Shown piece by piece: positions 1-7,005 of a stretch of 25,671 nucleotides of DNA. Below the pieces are notes generated by a model, which saw only the letters and a list, made by a program, of their open reading frames with translations, searched no databases and was not told the origin of the DNA. How positions within the stretch are numbered: the first letter of the stretch is position 1; each line of letters opens with the position of its first letter. This stretch comes from a virus (taxonomy: Duplodnaviria > Caudoviricetes): IMG/VR virus record IMGVR_UViG_3300048024_000020, positions 1 to 25,671 of that record; one strand, given 5' to 3'. A program made the translations under genes and the position numbers.

Positions 1-2
1 GA

Positions 3-1406
3 TTACAAAGAGTTCAACTCGGCATTAGTTCTCTTGGTGCTAATCCCAATGGTTCATCTACTGGTTCAACGGGAGATATTGTTTACATAGCTGATTTAAA
101 GTTTGTTGAGACTACATCTAACGGCTTTGTAAAGACTTGGTATGACCAAAGTGTAGACGCAGGAGGAGGTGCGCACGGTAACCACGCAGTTCAATCAGCT
201 GTTGCGGAGCAACCTAAGATTGTTAATGCTAGCACTCTGTTAAATGAGTTGGACTTCGACGGAACTGATGATTCATTTGCCATAGATTTCGGAGCTGATT
301 TATCGCAAGCAAATAGCTTATTTATGGTGCATCAGTCGGACACAGCAAATGCTAATGCGAATGAATTTTTTGACCGTATTAGTGGTAGTCCAAGGACTTT
401 ATTAGACCAAAATGGTTCGGATTACAGGATTCTTAGTCCGTCTTCTGCTGACACTGGATTAGCAGTTACAACCGACAGGTCTTTAGTATTTGCACTATAC
501 AATGGCTCATCTTCTTTATTGGCTAAAAACGGAACAGTTTCTAGTGCATTAAACACTGGAACCAACGGCATTAATCAAAATAGCTCTTTGGGTTCTTCAG
601 CTTCACAGACTAGGTTTTACGATGGAAAAATGCAGGAGTTCATTGTTTACAACTCCGACCAAACAGACAACCGTCTAGCCATCGAAGCTAACATCGGTGA
701 AGCCTACAGCATCACTGGTATCCCTGCGTATGACAACACAGTGGATGGCTTTGTAGAGACTTGGTATGACCAGTCAGGTCACGGACATGATGCCGTGCAA
801 GTGGCTTCTGAAAGTCAACCTAAGATTGTTAATGCTGGTTCTTTGGTAACAGGAGGAATAGATTTCCTTGATGGGACTGAGACTTTCCTTGAGACAACTA
901 ACTCCGATATATGTAACGTAGCACAACTCTCTCTGTTTACTGTATTAACTCCACACTTAGCGGGTAGTCAAACTACCCCATTTTCTTGTGGGTCAAACGT
1001 CGCAGGTAGCACAGGTTATGGGGGTTGGATACTGAATCTAAATGGTTATGGTGACGTCGCTCGTTTCCAAACTCAAGCTAGAGGTGATAACACTTCTGGC
1101 GTAAATGGCATACACGCTGTACAAACAAGTGTAACAAGTAGCGAAACTCTATTATCATTCGCTAGTACTTTCCCCAACGCTTCTGTTTCGAGGAATGGTG
1201 AAACTGCGGTTACCACAAGTTCTATGAACGCCCCAAGTCAAACAATCACAAACACAAGAAGATTTAGAATTGGTTGTTCATTTACTTTTCGGAATTCTAA
1301 CTTTTACACCCAGCCCATAAAAGAAATAATTGTATATACCTCCGACCAGTCAGCTAACCGTCCAGCCATCGAAGCTAACATTAACAATCAATACGACATC
1401 TACTAA
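3..1406 (+). CDS. 5'-truncated virion accessory / fibre-like protein with at least two tandem LamG/concanavalin-A-like modules
   Basis: The frame is open from position 3 (LQRVQLG...), so the 249 start is not the true start. Two modules each begin GFV(K/E)TWYDQS..H.(H/D)AVQ...QPKIVNA and end Y.SDQ..NR.AIEANI. The sequence is beta-rich and S/T/N/G-rich, typical of phage lectin-like structural proteins. Confidence 0.65.
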   Translation, partial: LQRVQLGISSLGANPNGSSTGSTGDIVYIADLKFVETTSNGFVKTWYDQSVDAGGGAHGNHAVQSAVAEQPKIVNASTLLNELDFDGTDDSFAIDFGADLSQANSLFMVHQSDTANANANEFFDRISGSPRTLLDQNGSDYRILSPSSADTGLAVTTDRSLVFALYNGSSSLLAKNGTVSSALNTGTNGINQNSSLGSSASQTRFYDGKMQEFIVYNSDQTDNRLAIEANIGEAYSITGIPAYDNTVDGFVETWYDQSGHGHDAVQVASESQPKIVNAGSLVTGGIDFLDGTETFLETTNSDICNVAQLSLFTVLTPHLAGSQTTPFSCGSNVAGSTGYGGWILNLNGYGDVARFQTQARGDNTSGVNGIHAVQTSVTSSETLLSFASTFPNASVSRNGETAVTTSSMNAPSQTITNTRRFRIGCSFTFRNSNFYTQPIKEIIVYTSDQSANRPAIEANINNQYDIY

Positions 1407-1633
1407 TGTATCTTATATTCCCAACCGAAGAAGCCGCCATTGAGCGAGCAGACGAAGAAGGCAAAGACAACAACTTCTCCTACTGGACTCAAGGCAAGGG
1501 AACCAGATGGTTGACTAAGCCAGTCCCTACGGTTGATGGGCTGTGGGCGTTGAATGTTGATGAGTATGACCTCGATGACCTTGAACAAACTACAGTCACA
1601 GAAGACGTAGTGTTCCCAGAACCAGAAGAATAA
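1406..1633 (+). CDS. Small acidic hypothetical protein, possibly a fibre partner or chaperone
   Basis: 75-aa ORF coupled to the upstream gene by a TAATG overlap; fills the gap up to the portal gene. Confidence 0.7.
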   Translation: MYLIFPTEEAAIERADEEGKDNNFSYWTQGKGTRWLTKPVPTVDGLWALNVDEYDLDDLEQTTVTEDVVFPEPEE

Positions 1634-1637
1634 TTTT

Positions 1638-3167
1638 ATGCATAACAAATCAGCAGAGCAAATATACACCTCATTGGAGGGGAAGCGTTACCAATATGTA
1701 GATCGTGCGCGTTCTTGTTCTAAGCTAACCCTTCCTTACGTGATGCCAGAAGTTGGTTTTGGTGCTCACTCACGACTAGAAACACCCTTTGCGAGCGTTG
1801 CGGCAAGAGGAGTAAACAACCTCGCTTCTAAATTACTGTTGGCACTTCTACCCCCCAACGCTCCTTTATTTCGTTTAAACGTCGACACCTATGCGCTAAA
1901 GCAAGAAGGTGCTCCTGACGAACTTGTAAGCTCAATAGAAACATCACTACAGCAAGTTGAAGACGCTGTGATGGATGAGATCAGTCGTGAAAGCTACAGG
2001 GCTTCACTTCACGAGGCTCTCAAGCACCTTATCATCTGTGGTAATGCTCTTGTGTATATGCCAGACGAAGGCGGCATGAGAGTCTTTCACATCGACCGCT
2101 ATGTTGTTGATCGTGACCCTATGGGCAATGTTTTATACATAGCCACAAAGGAGACCATATCTCACTCAGCGCTACCTCCAGAAATTAAGGACATGGTTGG
2201 TTACGAAGGTTCCCCAGACGACGACGTCGATTTATATACAGCAGTATGTCGCAAGGAAAACGGGTGGCATGTGTTTCAAGACATCAATGGCGTTCGCGTT
2301 CCTAACTCAGAAGGACACTATAAGTTAGACAAGAATCCCTATATACCACTTCGTTTCTCTCGCATTGATGGTGAGGCTTACGGACGCTCCTATGTAGAAG
2401 AATACCTAGGTGACGTGCAGAGTCTTGAGTCCCTAACACGGGCTATTGTTGAGGGTTCTGCGGCGGCGGCTAAGGTATTGTTCTTAGTAAACCCTAACGG
2501 CACAACACGACCCAAAGCGCTTGCTGAGAGTCCAAACGGCGCAATTACTCAAGGTAACGCACAGGATGTAAGCGTATTACAACTAAACAAATTTAATGAC
2601 TTTAGAGTAGCACAGGAGACAATGAATGGTATTAAAGACCGACTCGGTCACGCCTTCCTGTTAACCTCTGGGGTAGTCAGACAGGCAGAGAGAGTTACAG
2701 CGGAGGAGATACGTATGTTATCTCTAGAAATTGAAAGCTCTCTTGGTGGTCTTTATTCACTATTAGCAACAGAACTTCAGTTGCCTATGGTCACCAGACT
2801 GATGGCGGTGATGAACAAAAAGAAGAGCCTCCCTAAATTACCAGAAGGCGTAATCAACCCAGTTATTATTACAGGTGTTGAAGCACTTGGGCGCGGACAC
2901 GACCTACAGAAACTTGATATGTTCCTAGCGGGTGCAGGACAAGTTGTAGGTCCTCAGGCTGTTGCTCAATATATCAACGTCGGTGAATACTTTAAACGTC
3001 GTGCTACATCTCTCGGTATCAAAACCGTTGGATTAGTAAAGACAGATGAGCAGTTGGAACAAGAACAACAACAGGCTCAACAAATGCAGATGGCAGAGAA
3101 ACTTGGACCCGCAGGTATCAAGGCTGTGTCAGATCAAGCCCAACAAGAACAAACTAGAAGCGAGTAA
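1638..3167 (+). CDS. gp8: Portal (head-tail connector) protein, T7 gp8-like
   Basis: 509 aa with portal motifs ARGVNNLASKLLLALLPPN, GEAYGRSYVEEYLGD, ERVTAEEIR and ITGVEALGRGHDL; scaffold and capsid genes follow. Confidence 0.97.
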   Translation: MHNKSAEQIYTSLEGKRYQYVDRARSCSKLTLPYVMPEVGFGAHSRLETPFASVAARGVNNLASKLLLALLPPNAPLFRLNVDTYALKQEGAPDELVSSIETSLQQVEDAVMDEISRESYRASLHEALKHLIICGNALVYMPDEGGMRVFHIDRYVVDRDPMGNVLYIATKETISHSALPPEIKDMVGYEGSPDDDVDLYTAVCRKENGWHVFQDINGVRVPNSEGHYKLDKNPYIPLRFSRIDGEAYGRSYVEEYLGDVQSLESLTRAIVEGSAAAAKVLFLVNPNGTTRPKALAESPNGAITQGNAQDVSVLQLNKFNDFRVAQETMNGIKDRLGHAFLLTSGVVRQAERVTAEEIRMLSLEIESSLGGLYSLLATELQLPMVTRLMAVMNKKKSLPKLPEGVINPVIITGVEALGRGHDLQKLDMFLAGAGQVVGPQAVAQYINVGEYFKRRATSLGIKTVGLVKTDEQLEQEQQQAQQMQMAEKLGPAGIKAVSDQAQQEQTRSE

Positions 3168-3172
3168 ATACA

Positions 3173-3946
3173 ATGGCAGAACTACACCAAGTCTCAATTA
3201 ATGAGCCATCGGAAGATGAACAAATATCTCTTGAACAAGAGCACCAAATGCAGGAGGAAGCTAAGGCACAAAAAGCCGAGCAACAAGAACCCCTTGAACA
3301 CAACGGAGACCGCCCAGAGTGGCTTGATGAAAAGTTTCAAAGCCCAGAGGATTTAGCAAAAGCTTATTCCGAGTTGCAAAAAAAGCAATCTAAGGCGGGT
3401 GGAGAGGCTGAAGAAGACATTCAAGAAGCCTCTGAAACCGACACAGCTCCTCTTAATAGCACGATTTCAAAAGCTCAAGAGCAGTATGCGGAAAAAGGAG
3501 AGCTTACCGATAAGATGTTTAAGGAGCTTGAGCAAGCAGGGATACCCTCTGAATTTGTTCAAGCGTATATTGCTGGACAAGAATCCATTTCCGTGTCCGA
3601 AGCGTTAGAAGTCCAAGACACAATAGGTGGTCGCGGTAACTACGAAGCGATGACGGAGTGGGCTAAAGAAAATTTAACCGATACAGACATTGATGCTTAC
3701 GACGACGTTGTCACAAACGGCTCTTTAGAACAGGCTAAGATGGCTGTTCAGGGTATGTATGCTCGTTTTGTCGGTGGTGGTGGTCAAGCACCTAATCTTA
3801 CACAAGGGAGCACTAGCGGCGACTCTGTTAAACCTTTTAACTCTGCGGCTCAAGTCACTGAGGCGATGAGCGACAAGCGGTATTCAACTGATCCCGCTTA
3901 CCGCGCAACCGTTGAAAAGAGACTTCAAGTATCTAACGTAATCTAA
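3173..3946 (+). CDS. gp9: Capsid scaffolding protein, T7 gp9-like
   Basis: Acidic 257 aa with RPEWL.EKF.SPEDLAKAYSEL, GG..NY.AM.EWA..NL and C-terminal AMSDKRY.TDPAYRA.VE.RL. Confidence 0.93.
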   Translation: MAELHQVSINEPSEDEQISLEQEHQMQEEAKAQKAEQQEPLEHNGDRPEWLDEKFQSPEDLAKAYSELQKKQSKAGGEAEEDIQEASETDTAPLNSTISKAQEQYAEKGELTDKMFKELEQAGIPSEFVQAYIAGQESISVSEALEVQDTIGGRGNYEAMTEWAKENLTDTDIDAYDDVVTNGSLEQAKMAVQGMYARFVGGGGQAPNLTQGSTSGDSVKPFNSAAQVTEAMSDKRYSTDPAYRATVEKRLQVSNVI

Positions 3947-3958
3947 CCAAGCACTAAT

Positions 3959-4144
3959 ATGAACGTAATCAACTACATTATCGGAAACTCCGACAACCTC
4001 CTAGCTATTGCTACTGCTATTGTGGCGGCGGCTAGTGCTATCGCGGCTTTAACACCAACACCAACGGACGACGGGTGGGCGAAGAAAGCCTACAAGCTTA
4101 TTGATTGGGTAGCCTTTAACGTGGGTAAAGCCAAAGACAAGTGA
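3959..4144 (+). CDS. Small membrane protein, holin-like
   Basis: 61 aa with hydrophobic LLAIATAIVAAASAIAALTPTP.DD, a second amphipathic segment and a basic C-terminus (GKAKDK). Confidence 0.6.
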   Translation: MNVINYIIGNSDNLLAIATAIVAAASAIAALTPTPTDDGWAKKAYKLIDWVAFNVGKAKDK

Positions 4145-4341
4145 TCACAACGATTGTTCAACTACTAATAGCCTTTCCCAAATTGGGGAGGCTTTTTTTA
4201 GACGTCCGTAAAGAATATGTTAAGGAAATTAAAAACCGTAGGCACTCTCATCATAGCGATGTTATTGATGAGTGGGTGCGTGACGGTAAGGGAGAGTCAA
4301 CTGCCGTCGATCCTCCAGCAACTGAACAACCACGACTTTAA
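4141..4341 (+). CDS. Putative i-spanin (Rz-like) or small membrane-anchored protein
   Basis: GTG start overlaps the upstream stop (GTGA). Short hydrophobic N-terminus then a charged helical region; it overlaps a lipoprotein ORF in the +1 frame. The TM segment is weak. Confidence 0.45.
   Translation: MITTIVQLLIAFPKLGRLFLDVRKEYVKEIKNRRHSHHSDVIDEWVRDGKGESTAVDPPATEQPRL
4171..4199 (+). terminator. Putative intrinsic terminator or attenuator inside the 4141 ORF
   Basis: GCCT-T-TCCCA-AAT-TGGGG-AGGC stem-loop followed by 7 T. Confidence 0.5.
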
Positions 4342-4405
4342 CGAAGCCGAGAGATATACTATCGGTAATATACTAGACTACATCAACGAACTAGAAAATG
4401 AGTAA
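4217..4405 (+). CDS. Lipoprotein, putative o-spanin (Rz1-like)
   Basis: Basic N-terminus (MLRKLK), hydrophobic core and lipobox LMSG-C21, giving a short mature peptide; overlaps the 4141 ORF in the +1 frame. Confidence 0.65.
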   Translation: MLRKLKTVGTLIIAMLLMSGCVTVRESQLPSILQQLNNHDFNEAERYTIGNILDYINELENE

Positions 4406-4661
4406 ACGCAAGGGCGTCTCTATGCGTAAAGAGCACAAGAACCCATCTGGGGGCTTGTCTCAAAAAGGTAGAGACTACTACAACAAAAAGACTGGATCAA
4501 ATCTTAAGCGTCCTGTAACGGGAAAAGCTAAGAAAGGCTCCAAGGCGGCGAAGCGAAGGAAGTCCTTCTGTGCCCGTATGAGTGGCGTTAAGGGACCTAT
4601 GAAGGATTCCAAAGGTAGACCAACCCGTAAAGCTCTCGCCCTTCGTAAATGGAAATGTTAA
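4398..4661 (+). CDS. Small highly basic protein, resembling a family common in marine phages (DUF6321-like, from recall)
   Basis: 87 aa with 30 K/R; motif KNPSGGLSQKGR..YN..TGSNLK.PV...AKRRKSFCARM. Confidence 0.75.
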   Translation: MSKRKGVSMRKEHKNPSGGLSQKGRDYYNKKTGSNLKRPVTGKAKKGSKAAKRRKSFCARMSGVKGPMKDSKGRPTRKALALRKWKC

Positions 4662-4662
4662 T

Positions 4663-4788
4663 ATGAGCCTATACAAAAACATCAACCGCCGCCGTGCACT
4701 CGGCATCTCCCGTAGCAAGAAAAAGACTACGGTTAGCGATAAAGCTTATTCTAATATGAAGAAGGGCTTTCCTAAAAAGAAGAAATAA
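4663..4788 (+). CDS. 41-aa very basic peptide (missing from the ORF track)
   Basis: ATG one base after the upstream stop; MSLYKNINRRRALGISRSKKKTTVSDKAYSNMKKGFPKKKK*, 15 K/R. Confidence 0.7.
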   Translation: MSLYKNINRRRALGISRSKKKTTVSDKAYSNMKKGFPKKKK

Positions 4789-4816
4789 TTTTACCGTCGA
4801 CGACGACATAGAGTAA

Positions 4817-4845
4817 TCACAGCCCATTGCGATGGATAACTGTGA
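4817..4845 (+). promoter_or_regulatory. Stem-loop in the major capsid gene leader
   Basis: TCACAG-C-CCAT-TGCG-ATGG-ATAA-CTGTGA: two stems, a UGCG tetraloop and a 1x4 internal loop; no U-tract. Confidence 0.55.
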
Positions 4846-4909
4846 CAGAAATAGTCTTAGAAGACACCAACAACTAACTAAACTTAAAACCTAAACAAAA
4901 GGAATAATT

Positions 4910-5995
4910 ATGGCTTTTATGTCATCTGATGCCGCACCTGCGTCTCGCGTAGGTTTGGATCAAAACAACTCAGGAGCAGGAGTGGATTCACTCTTTCTCA
5001 AAGTATTCAGTGGTGAGATTCTCACTGCTTTTGAAACGTCAACTGTAATGAAGGAACTTCACACTATCCGTACAATCGGTTCGGGTAAGTCTGCAAGTTT
5101 CCCCGTCACAGGTGTCGCCGATAGTGCCTACCACACGGTTGGTCAATCTATCGTCGAAACTGGAACAAGTTACCTCTCTGACATCGCTAAGACTGAGAAG
5201 CAAATCTTCATTGATGATATGCTTGTTAGTTCTACCTTCTTAGCCAACGTCGACGAGCTAAAGAACCACTATGACATCCGCAGTATCTATGCGGCTGAAC
5301 TTGGTAAGGCTCTTGCTAAACGCTTCGACATTGCAACTATGAAGACGCTCTTCGCCGCTACTGGTGCAAGTGCTAACCTTAGTGGTCAAAGTGCAGGAAC
5401 TCGCATCACTGGTGCAGACCTTGACACTACTGCTGAAATCATCGACGCGCTATTTGGCATCGCCACTACGCTCGACGACAACGACGCACCAAGTGAAGGT
5501 CGTTTCGCTATCCTCACACCAAAGACCTACTACCAGTTGTTGACTTCTGACAACAATGCCATCAACCACGCTGTATCTTCTGACTACGGTAGCGGTGGTA
5601 ATGTTGCCGCAGGGTCTATCCCAATGGTAGCTGGTATCCGTCTAATCAAGAGCAACCACCTCAAGGACATTGCTGAACTTGGTGACCAACGCACAGCGAC
5701 GGTCACAACTCAGACTGGCGTTGACGGTTCTGCTGGTGTCAAGAATGACGTAGCAGGTGTTACAGGAGATGGCTATGAGTCCAACTTCTCGGGTCTTGTT
5801 ACTGGCAGTGCTGGTAGTGAAACCTATGGTATCCTTGCTGGAACAAAAGAAGCTATTGGCACGGTTAAGCTACTCGACCTCGCAACAGAGTCCGAGTATC
5901 AAATCGAACGCCAAGGCACACTGTTCGTAGCTAAGTATATGATGGGCCACGGCGTGCTTCGCCCAGAGTGCTCAGTTGCAGTTACTGTAGACTAA
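4910..5995 (+). CDS. gp10: Major capsid protein, T7 gp10-like
   Basis: LFLKVFSGEILTAF, RTI.SGKSASFPVTG, HYDIRS.YA.ELG.ALA and AKY.MGHGVLRPEC; AAGGA Shine-Dalgarno upstream. Confidence 0.97.
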   Translation: MAFMSSDAAPASRVGLDQNNSGAGVDSLFLKVFSGEILTAFETSTVMKELHTIRTIGSGKSASFPVTGVADSAYHTVGQSIVETGTSYLSDIAKTEKQIFIDDMLVSSTFLANVDELKNHYDIRSIYAAELGKALAKRFDIATMKTLFAATGASANLSGQSAGTRITGADLDTTAEIIDALFGIATTLDDNDAPSEGRFAILTPKTYYQLLTSDNNAINHAVSSDYGSGGNVAAGSIPMVAGIRLIKSNHLKDIAELGDQRTATVTTQTGVDGSAGVKNDVAGVTGDGYESNFSGLVTGSAGSETYGILAGTKEAIGTVKLLDLATESEYQIERQGTLFVAKYMMGHGVLRPECSVAVTVD

Positions 5996-6004
5996 TCCTT
6001 AACC

Positions 6005-6042
6005 AAGCACCCCTTGGGTCTATCCCCTTGGGGTGCTTTTTT
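6005..6042 (+). terminator. Intrinsic terminator after the capsid gene (T7 T-phi position)
   Basis: AAGCACCCC...GGGGTGCTT inverted repeat followed by a T-run. Confidence 0.85.
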
Positions 6043-6434
6043 CCCTGAAAACTAAAAAGAAGTGTATTTCTTGTAATCGTACGAAGCCTTTAGGGGCTTT
6101 TGACTTTCACAACAGAGACGCTGGAACCGTGCGTAACCAGTGTAAGTCCTGTCGGTCTATAAAACAGATTGAAAGGACTTATGGCATAACTCGCAAGGAA
6201 TACGAAGATCTGCTTAAAAAGCAGGACGGAAAGTGCGCTATATGTTACACAAAAACACCTTCAAAAGATAAGAGCTATAAAAGGCTTTTCATAGACCACT
6301 GCCACACAACGGGTGACGTAAGAGGTCTACTATGTGCAACATGTAATCAAGGAATCGGTCTCCTTAAAGACGACTCCAAACTACTCAACAACGCAATTTT
6401 ATATTTAAAAAACTATGGCAACCCTAACGACTAA
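6033..6434 (+). CDS. Free-standing endonuclease VII-family (His-Me finger) homing-type endonuclease
   Basis: N-terminal CxxC...CxxC zinc finger, then YGIT..EY..L...Q.G.CAIC and IDHCHTTGDVRGLLCATCNQGIG..D..L..AI.YL. The start codon is uncertain. Confidence 0.88.
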   Translation: MLFSLKTKKKCISCNRTKPLGAFDFHNRDAGTVRNQCKSCRSIKQIERTYGITRKEYEDLLKKQDGKCAICYTKTPSKDKSYKRLFIDHCHTTGDVRGLLCATCNQGIGLLKDDSKLLNNAILYLKNYGNPND

Positions 6435-7005
6435 ACTAGAAGCAGTAAACTCTATGCTGGGTCACATTGGTGAATCACCTGTGAATAGCATAAGTAGCAC
6501 CGCCTCATTGCCCATATCAGCGGCAACGGCTTCAGTAATACTAGATGAAATCAGTCGTGAGGTTCAGTCAGAAGGGTGGCACTTTAACACCACAAATAAA
6601 CACACACTGAGTCCCCTAGATGGTAAGATTACTTTACCAGATAATACACTACACGTAGATGCTTTAGATAAACACGTCGACGTCGTTCAGAGAGGATTAA
6701 GTTTATATGACCGAGAAAACAACACAACTACTTTCACAAAAGACCTTAATGTAGTCCTTATGGTTCTATTAGATTGGGACGACTTACACGAGACAGCTAG
6801 ACGTTACATAACACTCAGAGCTTCTCGTGTGTTTCAAGGACGTATGGTAGGCTCTCGCGAGCTTGAAGCTCTTATAGCGAGAGACGAGTATCAGGCTAGA
6901 GCGCGTCTTGAGGAAATGGATTCTAGCGGATCGGATCGCACTATATTTGACAACTACGACGTAGCCTCTAGAATAGGCATCAACCGTAACTACGAATTGC
7001 TATAA
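6415..7005 (+). CDS. gp11: Tail tubular protein A (gatekeeper/adaptor), T7 gp11-like
   Basis: T.LEAVN.ML..IGESPV, SREVQSEGWHFNT and ARRYIT.RASR.FQ; 196 aa. Confidence 0.95.
   Translation: MATLTTKLEAVNSMLGHIGESPVNSISSTASLPISAATASVILDEISREVQSEGWHFNTTNKHTLSPLDGKITLPDNTLHVDALDKHVDVVQRGLSLYDRENNTTTFTKDLNVVLMVLLDWDDLHETARRYITLRASRVFQGRMVGSRELEALIARDEYQARARLEEMDSSGSDRTIFDNYDVASRIGINRNYELL

Noticed and set aside
123-1381. Diversity-generating retroelement TR/VR pair
   Set aside because: The repeats are short, both copies are coding, and no reverse transcriptase is present in the window.
249-1406. ORF-track start at 249
   Set aside because: The frame is open to the window edge and includes the first module's TWYDQS motif upstream of 249, so the gene begins outside the window.
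5960-6045. T7 10B-type capsid frameshift or read-through into the endonuclease
   Set aside because: No slippery heptamer at the capsid 3' end, and the endonuclease frame has a stop at 6000-6002.
6033-6434. Group I intron or intein hosting the endonuclease
   Set aside because: Both flanking genes are intact and uninterrupted, so the nuclease is free-standing.
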